A stretch of 64,000 nucleotides of DNA from an uncultured Candidatus Saccharibacteria bacterium (lineage in GTDB: Bacteria > Patescibacteriota > Saccharimonadia > Saccharimonadales > CAYUUR01). The stretch lies in assembly GCA_964448075.1 (NCBI GenBank), contig CAYUUR010000004.1:4419-68418 (forward strand), read 5' to 3'. Position numbers and translations under genes: made by a program. Positions 36,852 through 45,842 of the stretch are shown here, piece by piece (the stretch's first letter is position 1; every line of letters begins with the position of its first letter). A model generated the notes under the pieces. That model worked only from the letters and a program-made list of their open reading frames with translations, was not told the origin of the DNA and did not search any database.

Positions 36852-37031
36852 ATGGCAGGAACACACGAACTACCATTTAATCTGTCACGACCAGCGAGTG
36901 AGCAGGTTGCTCCACAGTCAGAAGAAACAGACCAAACGGAGCGACGACGATCCAACGCACACGTACTTGCCCAAATGGGCACCAGTGAATATCTAACTGT
37001 TTTACCGGTAAAACCTACGCAGGAAGATTGA
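36852..37031 (+). CDS. possible 59-aa protein
   Basis: ATG 36852 to TGA 37029-37031, with AAGGAG 7 nt upstream (36839-36844). Encodes MAGTHELPFNLSRPASEQVAPQSEETDQTERRRSNAHVLAQMGTSEYLTVLPVKPTQED. Just below the ORF-track cutoff. Confidence 0.35.
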   Translation: MAGTHELPFNLSRPASEQVAPQSEETDQTERRRSNAHVLAQMGTSEYLTVLPVKPTQED

Positions 37032-37094
37032 GCATGACGAATCTTTTCGCGCAAGCGGAAATTGACGGTATGACTAAGATTTGCTAGTCAAGCT

Positions 37095-37709
37095 ATGAAG
37101 ATTACTGATATTAAGAGTCAGGTGAAGCGGCAGGGGCGGTATTCGATTTATGTTGACGGCAAATACTCGTTTAGTTTGAGCGAGAATGAACTACTGACGG
37201 CTGGGCTCAGGATCGGCCAGGATTACACAAAAGAAGAGTTTGATGAGTTGCAGAAAAAGGCGGTGCTGGATAAAGCCTACATGCGCGCCTATGACCAGCT
37301 CTCGCGACGCGCTCGTAGTGAATGGGAAATGCGCGATTACCTCAAACGTAAAGAATACGATGAGCCAACAATCGACAAGATAGTTAACACGTTAAGAGAC
37401 AAAGGTTATATAGATGACTTTACGTTTGCTCAGAGCTGGGTGCACAATCGTCGCCTGCTCAAACCAATGAGCACAATACGCCTGCGTCACGAATTGCGTC
37501 AGAAACGCGTGTCTGATGACGCTATCAGCCGCGCTCTAGAGGAAGACGAATCATCGGAACAAGATGTTCTCAGGGAACTTGTGACACGCAAACGCCAGCA
37601 AACGCGCTATCAAGATGTCGACAAACTAAAGCAGTATTTGCTGAGACAAGGCTTCCGATATGACGACATCCGAACGGCTCTAGAGGATCAAGAGGACGAA
37701 CAATTCTAG
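37095..37709 (+). CDS. recX: recombination regulator RecX
   Basis: 204 aa with three-helix repeat architecture (GRYSIYVDG.., RARSEWEMRDYLKRK, LRQGFRYDDI). Confidence 0.88.
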   Translation: MKITDIKSQVKRQGRYSIYVDGKYSFSLSENELLTAGLRIGQDYTKEEFDELQKKAVLDKAYMRAYDQLSRRARSEWEMRDYLKRKEYDEPTIDKIVNTLRDKGYIDDFTFAQSWVHNRRLLKPMSTIRLRHELRQKRVSDDAISRALEEDESSEQDVLRELVTRKRQQTRYQDVDKLKQYLLRQGFRYDDIRTALEDQEDEQF

Positions 37710-38260
37710 GCTGGTGCGGTGGCGTTAGCTGCGGCTGACTCTGACCCGGCTACTGCTGCGCGTTGCAGTGGTGTTGGCTGCAAAGGGTCTTTAACAACAA
37801 TCTTGCGGTCGGTTATTTCAACAATTTGGTTGCGGTCTACAGTAGTATTGCCGCTTTTCAGACTTTTGAATAGAGAGGTTTGAGTATAGAGCTTTTGAAT
37901 ATAAAATGTGGTGCCTTCAGCTGCAAAGTCAGTCACTTTACCAAGCTTTTGTTTGCTGACAGTCACTACTTGATGACCCATGAGCGGGAAGTGAATAGTG
38001 AGCAGTTCTTTGAGGCGAATTAAGTCATCAGGTTGTGCCAGCACGTCATAATCATCGATAACTAGCCCCTGTGGTAGTACTTCACGAACATCTTGACTGA
38101 GTAGTATCAGCTTCTTCTTGGCGCGAGAATCTTGGCAGTACCACCCCTCAATCTTGAGATTAGTTGGATTGATGATGAGTTCATCGGCGGTGGCAACTTG
38201 ACCACCCACACGAAGGCTCATGACCGGAACGTTCACGAGTGATTTACTGAGTTGCAACAT
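37706..38260 (-). CDS. hypothetical protein with two PRC-barrel-like domains
   Basis: 184 aa. VMSLRVGGQVATADELI.. and LMGHQVVTVSKQKLGKVTDF.. resemble PRC barrels. Shares a palindromic CTAG stop overlap with recX. Confidence 0.5.
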   Translation of the reverse strand: MLQLSKSLVNVPVMSLRVGGQVATADELIINPTNLKIEGWYCQDSRAKKKLILLSQDVREVLPQGLVIDDYDVLAQPDDLIRLKELLTIHFPLMGHQVVTVSKQKLGKVTDFAAEGTTFYIQKLYTQTSLFKSLKSGNTTVDRNQIVEITDRKIVVKDPLQPTPLQRAAVAGSESAAANATAPA

Positions 38261-38322
38261 AGCACTACCAGTATAACGTATTTGCTTTTGCTTGCCAGGG
38301 GTATCGAACAGGCGGTACCATT

Positions 38323-38763
38323 ATGCAGATGTCGCAGACACACATATCCCACTCAGCTGAAGAGACCGAAGCAACCGGTGCTGCCATTGCCGCACGCTTG
38401 CGTGGCGGTGAGGTTATTGAACTGAGCAGCGATCTCGGCGGCGGCAAGACAACATTGGTGCGTGGGCTCGTAGCGGCCACTGGCAGTACAGACCGCGTTG
38501 CCAGCCCCACATTTACTATCAGCAAAGTGTATGAAGCACCACAGTTTGCGATTCATCACTTCGATTTTTATCGTTTGCCAGAAGCCGGCTTGATTCGTCA
38601 CGAACTAGAAGATGTCCTAGGCGACGCAGATATCGTGACAATCATTGAGTGGAGTGATGTCGTAGCTGAGGTGCTGCCAAAAGACACCATACGTATCCAT
38701 ATAAAGACGATAAGCGAAACAGAAAGAGAGATTACTATCACGGAACCAAGGATGACAGACTGA
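38323..38763 (+). CDS. tsaE: tRNA t6A37 biosynthesis ATPase TsaE
   Basis: 146 aa with the P-loop SSDLGGGKTTLVRGL, SPTFTI, and HFDFYRL. Confidence 0.9.
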   Translation: MQMSQTHISHSAEETEATGAAIAARLRGGEVIELSSDLGGGKTTLVRGLVAATGSTDRVASPTFTISKVYEAPQFAIHHFDFYRLPEAGLIRHELEDVLGDADIVTIIEWSDVVAEVLPKDTIRIHIKTISETEREITITEPRMTD

Positions 38764-39155
38764 TGCTGATACTCACCATACGCACTGACAAACCTGAGTC
38801 GGAAATTGGTCTGTATGATGATGAAACACAGATCGCCTACGTCACGTGGCAGGCACACCGCGAACTTGCGGAAACGATACACCACAAGCTCAAAGCGCTG
38901 CTTCAACAAAACAGCAAATCACTTGATGACCTAGAAGCGGTTGTGTGCTACGAGGGCCCCGGCAGTTTTACGGGACTAAGGATCGGCATAAGTGTGGCAA
39001 ATGCGTTGGCTTATAGTTTGGGAATTCCGGCCGTCGCGACCAGTGGTGATAACTGGATAAAACAAGCGATCGATAGACTGTTAAAAGGCGACACTGACGC
39101 AGTCTTGTTGCCAGAGTACGGTGGCGAAATTCATATCACAAAGCCCAAAAAGTAA
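38763..39155 (+). CDS. tsaB: TsaB-like protein (short form, N-terminal domain only)
   Basis: 130 aa with GPGSFTGLRIGISVANALAYSLGIP. About 100 aa shorter than typical TsaB. Start overlaps the tsaE stop. Confidence 0.75.
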   Translation: MLILTIRTDKPESEIGLYDDETQIAYVTWQAHRELAETIHHKLKALLQQNSKSLDDLEAVVCYEGPGSFTGLRIGISVANALAYSLGIPAVATSGDNWIKQAIDRLLKGDTDAVLLPEYGGEIHITKPKK

Positions 39156-39341
39156 ATTGCGTTCGCAAAATTCCCAGCGTATTATATAGTCAGGATTTTG
39201 ATCGTTTTGGGAACAAGTCCATCTAGATAACTAATAACTGATTTTTCAGACTGTCGGTCAAGCCCATGTGTGGGTCGGACTAAAGAAGTGATAGTGATCG
39301 TCCATAGGCTGGCATCTGGTTGATACAGAAAGGAAATAAAC

Positions 39342-40859
39342 ATGGATCCAATTACCATAGTTTTAGTAGCTGTGGCTGGAGTCGCTGCTGGATTTGGCGG
39401 AAGTACCGCCGTTACCAAGAAGCAACTTGGTAGTGCACAAGCCAACGCAGAGAAGGAGCTAGCCAAGGCAAAAAAAGAAGCCAACAAGCTGGTTGACCAG
39501 GCGCGTGAAGAGGCTGCGCAAGCAACTGAAGAAGCGCGCAAAGATGAACAAACACGCCGACGTGAAATCAAGCAGATTGAGCAACGTTTACTGGATCGTG
39601 AAGTCTCGCTTGATAAAAAACTCGACACTATCGATAAGCGCGCAGAATCACTGCGTAAGGCCGAGGATGAAGTAGAGGATCTCAAGAACGAAATCCGCGC
39701 CATTCGCACTAAGCAACAAGAAAAGCTTGAGAAAATCGCCAAGCTGACCAAAGAAGATGCCGCTGACAAGTTGATGAAGATGACCGAACGAGACATCAAA
39801 AACGACATGCTCGGCCTTATCGCCAAGAAGCAAAATGAAGCCCGTGATACTGCCGAGGATCAGGCGGGACTAATCATCGTGCAAGCTATGGAACGCATGG
39901 CCAGTGAAGTAACGGCTGAACGAACCGTAACGAGTATCAAGCTAGAAGATGAAGAGATGAAAGGTCGGATTATCGGCAAGGAAGGCCGTAATATTCAGGC
40001 CTTGCAGCGGGCAACAGGTGTCGACATTATGGTGGACGATACACCGGGCTATGTTGTGCTTAGTAGCTTTGACCCTATCCGTCGTGAGGTGGCTCGTCAA
40101 GCTATGGAAATGCTACTTAAGGACGGTCGTGTACACCCAGGACGCATCGAAGAAGTTGTGGAAAAGGCCCAGAAGAATGTCCACAAAGATGTTATCAAGG
40201 CAGGTGAGGATGCGGCGCGAGAAGTCGGTGTTATTGGTATTCCGCGGGAAGTCTTGGAACTCCTCGGTGAGCTTAAATACCGAACTAGCTACGGCCAGAA
40301 TGTGCTCAAACACAGCACCGAGATGGCACATATTGCCGGAATCATTGCCGAAGAGATTGGTGCAGATGTCAAGACAACCAAGTACGCCGCACTCGTGCAT
40401 GACCTTGGTAAAGCCCTCACCCACAAAATGGAAGGTAAGCACCACCACATTAGCGGAGAAATGTTGCGTAAGTATGGTGCGCCAGAAGAAGTCGCTTTGG
40501 CAGCAGAGCAGCATCATGATGACGTTGAAGCGACCACCAAAGAAGCGTTGGTCGTCCGCGTGGTGGATGCCATTAGCGCCTCACGACCAGGTGCTCGCAA
40601 TATCAGTGCTGAGAACTTCGCTGACCGCATGCGCGACCTCGAAAACGTTGCTACCGGATTTGATGGCGTAGACAAAGCGTACGCAATTAGTGCCGGACGC
40701 GAAGTCCGTGTCTTTGTACAGCCAAAGTCAATTGATGACCTATCGGCTATCAGAATGGCTCGTGATATTGCTACTAAGATTGAGTCGACCATGCAATACC
40801 CAGGAACGATTAAAGTCAATGTCATCCGCGAAACCCGCGCGATCGAATTCGCCAAGTAG
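39342..40859 (+). CDS. rny: ribonuclease Y
   Basis: 505 aa. N-terminal TM, Lys/Glu/Ala coiled coil, KH domain (GRIIGKEGRNIQAL), HD domain (LVHDLGKA). Confidence 0.95.
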   Translation: MDPITIVLVAVAGVAAGFGGSTAVTKKQLGSAQANAEKELAKAKKEANKLVDQAREEAAQATEEARKDEQTRRREIKQIEQRLLDREVSLDKKLDTIDKRAESLRKAEDEVEDLKNEIRAIRTKQQEKLEKIAKLTKEDAADKLMKMTERDIKNDMLGLIAKKQNEARDTAEDQAGLIIVQAMERMASEVTAERTVTSIKLEDEEMKGRIIGKEGRNIQALQRATGVDIMVDDTPGYVVLSSFDPIRREVARQAMEMLLKDGRVHPGRIEEVVEKAQKNVHKDVIKAGEDAAREVGVIGIPREVLELLGELKYRTSYGQNVLKHSTEMAHIAGIIAEEIGADVKTTKYAALVHDLGKALTHKMEGKHHHISGEMLRKYGAPEEVALAAEQHHDDVEATTKEALVVRVVDAISASRPGARNISAENFADRMRDLENVATGFDGVDKAYAISAGREVRVFVQPKSIDDLSAIRMARDIATKIESTMQYPGTIKVNVIRETRAIEFAK

Positions 40860-40897
40860 CACACCAACTTCCACCCAGCGATGACCTAGGCTATACT

Positions 40898-41506
40898 GTG
40901 GCCATGCAACAAGAGATAGAAGTGAAGTTTTTGAACGTTGATTTTGACGACGTTCGTACAAGGCTAATAAAGCTTGGTGCAGTCTGTGAACAACCGATGC
41001 GCCTGATGCGCCGCGTAGTAATTGATTATCCTGACAGAAAAATGCAAGCAACCGGTGATAGTTGGGTGCGTGTTCGTGATGAGGGAGACAAGGTTACTTT
41101 AACCTTTAAAAAGACTACTGAGCATGAATTTGGTGGTGCGCATGAGATTGAAACGACCGTCGGAGATTACCAGAAGACCATTGATATATTCTTGGCAATT
41201 GGATTAATCGTCCACACCGCCCAAGAAACCAAACGCGAAACATGGAAGATTGACGGTGTAGAAGTAGTGCTGGATGAATGGCCATGGCTCAATCCTTACA
41301 TCGAGATTGAAGGGCGGAGCGAGCAAGCGGTGAAGGACGTAGCGCAAAAACTTGGCTATGACTGGAACGACGCTGTCTTTGGTAGTGTCACAACTGCTTA
41401 TCGCCACCAATATCCCGCAATCACCAAGGATGAACACATATCGCAGATTCCAGAGATCAAGTTTGACCTACCAGCTCCAGAATGGTTCTTGAAGGGCAAC
41501 GAGTGA
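40898..41506 (+). CDS. CYTH-domain protein (CyaB-type adenylyl cyclase / triphosphatase family)
   Basis: 202 aa with an N-terminal EIEVKFL (ExExK) signature and a triphosphate-tunnel beta pattern. Confidence 0.8.
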   Translation: MAMQQEIEVKFLNVDFDDVRTRLIKLGAVCEQPMRLMRRVVIDYPDRKMQATGDSWVRVRDEGDKVTLTFKKTTEHEFGGAHEIETTVGDYQKTIDIFLAIGLIVHTAQETKRETWKIDGVEVVLDEWPWLNPYIEIEGRSEQAVKDVAQKLGYDWNDAVFGSVTTAYRHQYPAITKDEHISQIPEIKFDLPAPEWFLKGNE

Positions 41507-42072
41507 ACTTTGTAATTTTGCATGGCACGGATGCTGACCATACAAGCAACTGGTTCCCGTGGCTAAAATCGCAACTTGAAGTGCTTGGTCATAATGTATG
41601 GGCGCCAGATCTTCCTGGTGCTGATCGTCCTGATCCAAAACGCTACAATGAATATTTACTGTCGCGGGGTTGGGATTTCAACGATGCCGTTTTGATTGGT
41701 CATTCGTCGGGGGCACTGGAGATTCTGGCGCTCGTTACTGCGCTACCGGCAGCAACCAAGGTAAAGACAGCCATTTTGGTTGGCTCTTTCACAGAACGTA
41801 TGCTGGATGATCCGAGCTGGGAAATGCTGTCAGAAATTTTCAGTCGTCCATTTGATTTCGATGTCATCAAACAACAAGTGGGAAATTTCATATTTGTGCA
41901 TTCAGAAGATGATCCGTACTGTCCGATTGGCCAAGCTGAGGAGTTACACAGTAAGCTCGGTGGCGAGTTTATACGATTTAAAGACAAAGGACACTTCTGC
42001 CTTAATGATGGGCCAGAGTTTGTCGAGCTACCAGAACTACTTGAGATTATCGAACAGAAAGTGATCGCGTGA
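41503..42072 (+). CDS. alpha/beta serine hydrolase (YdeN/RBBP9-like)
   Basis: FVILHG.., nucleophile elbow LIGHSSGA, and HSEDDPYCP. GTG 41503 overlaps the upstream TGA (GTGA); the listed ATG 41482 is the alternative start. Confidence 0.7.
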   Translation: MNFVILHGTDADHTSNWFPWLKSQLEVLGHNVWAPDLPGADRPDPKRYNEYLLSRGWDFNDAVLIGHSSGALEILALVTALPAATKVKTAILVGSFTERMLDDPSWEMLSEIFSRPFDFDVIKQQVGNFIFVHSEDDPYCPIGQAEELHSKLGGEFIRFKDKGHFCLNDGPEFVELPELLEIIEQKVIA

Positions 42073-42860
42073 ACATTCTATATATCGGCGATGTTATGGC
42101 GGAGCCAGGCGTTCGAGTCGTTGAACGTGTGCTACCAAAATTACGAGCCGAACGCTCAATTGATTTTGTAGTCGCCCAGGCAGAGAACGTCAGTGACGGT
42201 AAAGGATTTGTGCCGGCAGACATGAAACGGTTGCAAAAAGCCGGCGTGGATTTCTTTACTGGCGGTAACTGGACTGCGCACAAAACCGAGATTCATTCTC
42301 TTTTGACTGATCCAAACAGTCCTGTGATCGGCCCAGCCAACATGCATAACTGTCCTGGCGATGGCTGGAAGATTGCGCAAACCAAACATGGCAAAGTTCT
42401 GGTGGTCAGCTTGCTTGGTGCGATTGTGGGGCGGGATGCTGATACTCCGGTAGATAACCCTTTGCATGCCATAGATACGATTATTGCAGAGCAAGGTGAC
42501 GATACTGCTGCAGTAGTTGTTAACTTTCATGGCGATTATAGTAGCGAGAAAGTAATCATTGGACACTATCTTGATGGGCGCGCCAGCTTAGTTGTGGGCG
42601 ATCATTGGCATGTACCAACGGCCGATGCGCGTGTATTGCCAAAAGGCACAGCTCACATAACTGATGTCGGCATGTGCGGCACGCTCAATTCGTCACTTGG
42701 CGTGACGTTTGAATCAGTCCTGACGCGCTGGAAAGACGGCAAAATCGTGAAGAACGAAATAGAAGGCTCCGGCCCAACCCAATTCTGTGCCGTCCTCGCC
42801 GACATCGATGAAACCACAAGCCGCGCTCATTCTATTGAGCAGGTTCGTCTAATCGTTTGA
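42069..42860 (+). CDS. ymdB: YmdB-family metallophosphoesterase (2',3'-cyclic nucleotide phosphodiesterase type)
   Basis: 263 aa with MNILYIGDVMAEPG, QAENVSDGKG, GNWTAHK, VNFHGDYSSEK. GTGA overlap with the upstream gene. Confidence 0.88.
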   Translation: MNILYIGDVMAEPGVRVVERVLPKLRAERSIDFVVAQAENVSDGKGFVPADMKRLQKAGVDFFTGGNWTAHKTEIHSLLTDPNSPVIGPANMHNCPGDGWKIAQTKHGKVLVVSLLGAIVGRDADTPVDNPLHAIDTIIAEQGDDTAAVVVNFHGDYSSEKVIIGHYLDGRASLVVGDHWHVPTADARVLPKGTAHITDVGMCGTLNSSLGVTFESVLTRWKDGKIVKNEIEGSGPTQFCAVLADIDETTSRAHSIEQVRLIV

Positions 42861-42907
42861 CATGATGCTTGTGTATAGCTGATGAGGATCGGGTATACTC
42901 ATATTTC

Positions 42908-43522
42908 ATGAGCGGCATAGCACCAGAAGAGTATGGGTTTAAGGCAGATATGCCAAATAGCTTTCGATATATTCGTGGTATTTTGCCTCGGTCTGCAAGC
43001 GAAGACCTCGCGTATTATGCCCAACTTCCAAAGTTAGCAAAATGCGTTGGGGCACAGATCAGAACAAACGTGCGTCGTGCGGGAATTGATATAATTAGTC
43101 GCGAGGAAAGCACGCAAGTAGTCCGAGAGAACCCAAACATTCGATACGGTGGTTTATACGGTGAGCTCGTTCGGCTGCGTGACAAAACTGCGCCACAATT
43201 GAATGATTATGCCGAAGTGCTGGTGGGAGACGTGGTAACGCGTCAGGTGTCTCCTGATGTGTGCTTGATTTCCCAAGAAATTGCTGCGGAGGATGAGGTG
43301 TGGCTTTCAGAAGAGCGGGCTTTGGTGCTGGCGTCAATTTCTAAAGTCATTAAGGGTGAAGTGAATTTAGCTGAACCTGACAATTACTATTTTGATATTG
43401 CGATGTATCACCCAGAAAACACGGATGGCATAGATATTGTGACTGAATACATTGCAGAAAAGGCGTCAAAAAGTGTTGAAGTAAGCCAAGTTTATTTGTT
43501 CTCTCCGCCAAAACCAACTTGA
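42908..43522 (+). CDS. hypothetical protein
   Basis: 204 aa from ATG 42908 (listed start 42869). No recognisable motif. Confidence 0.45.
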   Translation: MSGIAPEEYGFKADMPNSFRYIRGILPRSASEDLAYYAQLPKLAKCVGAQIRTNVRRAGIDIISREESTQVVRENPNIRYGGLYGELVRLRDKTAPQLNDYAEVLVGDVVTRQVSPDVCLISQEIAAEDEVWLSEERALVLASISKVIKGEVNLAEPDNYYFDIAMYHPENTDGIDIVTEYIAEKASKSVEVSQVYLFSPPKPT

Positions 43523-43530
43523 GCTAGGGC

Positions 43531-43719
43531 CTAGATTTCTTTTTTGCCAGTAAAGCCGACGGCTGCAATGATGACACTCATGAACATGTCGATCATGACT
43601 ATTTTTATCATTGGTAGCTCTGCGTTAACGGCAAGTAGGATAGCGCTTCCAAGCCAGATGGTTGCAATGACGCCCGCTGTGTAGGGGTATTTGATGAACA
43701 AGATCATTTCTTTAAGCAT
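43531..43719 (-). CDS. hypothetical two-TM small protein
   Basis: 62 aa. Its start overlaps the stop of the ABC1 kinase gene by 8 bp, suggesting co-translation. Confidence 0.5.
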   Translation of the reverse strand: MLKEMILFIKYPYTAGVIATIWLGSAILLAVNAELPMIKIVMIDMFMSVIIAAVGFTGKKEI

Positions 43720-45271
43720 TGCTTGGTGTCTCCTTTGGCGCTATCGGCGGTTGTGTCTTCATTCTAATACGTTCGGTCAGTTGACGAAAGAGTGCTGGGT
43801 CACGTTCGGCCACCCGTTCAAGCCAGTTACCAACGATTTCAAGTGCATCAGCGATGTTCATATTGTCATCTTGTTGACTGCTTAACTCTGGATGGTCGTG
43901 TTCTACTTGGCGAATAACAGCGTCAAACACGACAGGCAAAACAATCTTATTTCGCCCGAGGGTTTCTATAAGTGACAGATATGTTTGTGCGGCACGCAGA
44001 ATTTCTGATGCCTCGAGCTTCACGACCAAACCGAACCGATTATTTTTGTTGATCATTTGGTTGACGATTTTGACAATTCTGCCATCAGCAAGCATCGGCT
44101 TAAGATCGGCCGTACCGATGGCACCAGCAAAGGCTTCTTGGGCAACGCGGCCGACTTCGTGCGTGAAGTTGTTCTGTGTTTTTACGACATCTGCTGTGGT
44201 GTTATTTGATAATGCGCTTAGTCTCCTGAGTGCACGGTAGAGATCCCGCACAAAGAATCGCATAAACTGCTCAAACAAATTGCTGATGTTTTGATTGCTT
44301 TCAAACAGACGATTCCATTCGTATATGACCCCAAAGAACGCTGCTTTGTCTGGGGGTGTATGAGCAGCTATACCAAAGTCAATTAGGCCGACGCGATTGT
44401 CCGTTAACAGCTTAATGTTGCCGGGGTGAGGATCGCCCGGTACGCGCTCTAAGTTGAAGATGCCATTAAGTTCTTCAAAACCCAGTGTAATTAATTGTTC
44501 GTCCAGATCAGAGCCAAGCTGGTCAAAGACGTACTTTTTGGGGTCCACGCCTTGTTCTTGTAGTTTGACTATTGCGGCGACTGAAATCCCCTCCATATAT
44601 TCTTGTACGATGATGTGGTCAGTGCAGAGATTAGCAAATGTTTCCGGTATGAGGTATTTTGGATGGTCTTTGTAATGTTCGTACAGTTCGTGTGCAAACT
44701 CGGCTTCTGCCTTGTAGTCGGTTTCTAACAGAGTGGCGGTACGGAATTCTTTGAGCGCCGAGACAACACTGACATCCATGTTTTTGTATAGTTTTGTGAA
44801 GAACGTGCGGCTAAAGGCGCTGAGCAGTTTGAGATCCCAGCGCAATAGCTCGCGAATCATTGGCCTGAGCACCTTGATGATAATTGGTTTACCATTGGCG
44901 TGTTGCCCGTAGTACACCTGACCAAAGCTACCGGCGGCAAACGGTTGCGGTTGCACGAGTGTTATTTGAGAAAGTTGATCAGGGGTAAGTTCTTTTTGCA
45001 GTATGCCAACAATATCGAGCGGTTCTGTCTCTAAGTCCTCAAAGATGCGCAGACGTTCGGGGTTGTGCCATTTTTTCATGACCGTACTTCTGAGCAAGAC
45101 GCCTTGCAAGAACTTCACATAAACACCTCCGAGCGAAACAAACTCGTCACACACAATGGTGTAGAGCCGATCCTCTTGACCGCGTTTGTGCATGTAGTAA
45201 GCGCGCGTTATGAGTCGCGCCAGCCGTGCGGTGCGGTGTCTTTTGATTGCTGCAATTGAGCTTTCGCGCAT
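43712..45271 (-). CDS. ABC1/UbiB-family atypical protein kinase
   Basis: 519 aa from ATG 45271 (TTG 45280 listed). AAGSFGQVYYG, KVLRP, PHPGNIKLL, LIDFGI. Confidence 0.88.
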   Translation of the reverse strand: MRESSIAAIKRHRTARLARLITRAYYMHKRGQEDRLYTIVCDEFVSLGGVYVKFLQGVLLRSTVMKKWHNPERLRIFEDLETEPLDIVGILQKELTPDQLSQITLVQPQPFAAGSFGQVYYGQHANGKPIIIKVLRPMIRELLRWDLKLLSAFSRTFFTKLYKNMDVSVVSALKEFRTATLLETDYKAEAEFAHELYEHYKDHPKYLIPETFANLCTDHIIVQEYMEGISVAAIVKLQEQGVDPKKYVFDQLGSDLDEQLITLGFEELNGIFNLERVPGDPHPGNIKLLTDNRVGLIDFGIAAHTPPDKAAFFGVIYEWNRLFESNQNISNLFEQFMRFFVRDLYRALRRLSALSNNTTADVVKTQNNFTHEVGRVAQEAFAGAIGTADLKPMLADGRIVKIVNQMINKNNRFGLVVKLEASEILRAAQTYLSLIETLGRNKIVLPVVFDAVIRQVEHDHPELSSQQDDNMNIADALEIVGNWLERVAERDPALFRQLTERIRMKTQPPIAPKETPSNA

Positions 45272-45283
45272 GGATGTCAACGC

Positions 45284-45442
45284 CTATTTCTTGGCAAAGC
45301 CAATAAGAAAGAGCACTAAAGTACAGAAGTTAACTGCTAAGAAAAGCTGAAAGATCTCGTCTGGATTTTCTCTGGTAAGCGCCATGAAAATAATTGCCAC
45401 CCAAATCAACAAGATAGTGAAAAATATCGACGCGTACCTCAT
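45284..45442 (-). CDS. possible 52-aa two-TM protein
   Basis: ATG 45442 to TAG 45284-45286 encodes MRYASIFFTILLIWVAIIFMALTRENPDEIFQLFLAVNFCTLVLFLIGFAKK. Ends 12 nt before the ABC1 kinase ATG. No SD seen. Confidence 0.3.
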   Translation of the reverse strand: MRYASIFFTILLIWVAIIFMALTRENPDEIFQLFLAVNFCTLVLFLIGFAKK

Positions 45443-45598
45443 CTAACTGTATTATCCCATACCCCTCGGTGTTACGCCAGAGTAGCATGTACAACATGTC
45501 GCTGATGGCGGGAAACAGAAACATCTGGCGCGATGCACGCTTTTCGGGTATAATCTCCCTCTGTTAGTGTAATTCCCAACAAGTGAAAAGTTCATCAT

Positions 45599-45675
45599 CG
45601 GGGTGTGGCGCAGTTGGCTAGCGCGCGCGGTTTGGGACCGCGAGGTCGAAGGTTCGAGTCCTTTCACCCCGACCA
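45599..45675 (+). tRNA. tRNA-Pro (anticodon TGG), CCA encoded
   Basis: Acceptor CGGGGTG/CACCCCG, D arm GCGC..GCGC, anticodon stem CGCGG/CCGCG with loop TTTGGGA (TGG at 45633-45635), T arm GAAGG-TTCGAGT-CCTTT, discriminator A, CCA. TATAAT at 45549-45554 upstream. Confidence 0.95.
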
Positions 45676-45712
45676 ATCAAAGAGTCCACAGCAATGTGGG
45701 CTTTTTGATTGG
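45673..45712 (+). terminator. CCA-anchored hairpin (CCAATCAAAG...CTTTTTGATTGG)
   Basis: The outer stem uses the tRNA CCA. Inner stem GTCCACA-GCAA-TGTGGGC has one U-G pair. T-rich 3' arm. Confidence 0.6.
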
Positions 45713-45842
45713 TTCTTTGCATTGTAGAAAAGTGATAGTTGATTTTTGAACAGTCTGTGAACTTTACAGGCAGTAATGTTTACGTTTACTGAAAAAAGTT
45801 ATACAATCTTGTTCAACATAAAGCTGACAGGAGGGTTAAAGT

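Noticed and set aside
39182-39826. 214-aa ORF antisense to the 5' third of rny
   Set aside because: It is a low-complexity Ser/Ala/Arg-rich product, the mirror image of the Lys/Glu/Ala coiled-coil codons of RNase Y. The plus-strand gene has unambiguous homology.
45330-45524. 64-aa minus-strand ORF upstream of tRNA-Pro
   Set aside because: It has no SD and an odd composition, and it would overlap the putative tRNA-Pro promoter. A different frame (45284..45442) gives a cleaner two-TM peptide, itself only low confidence.
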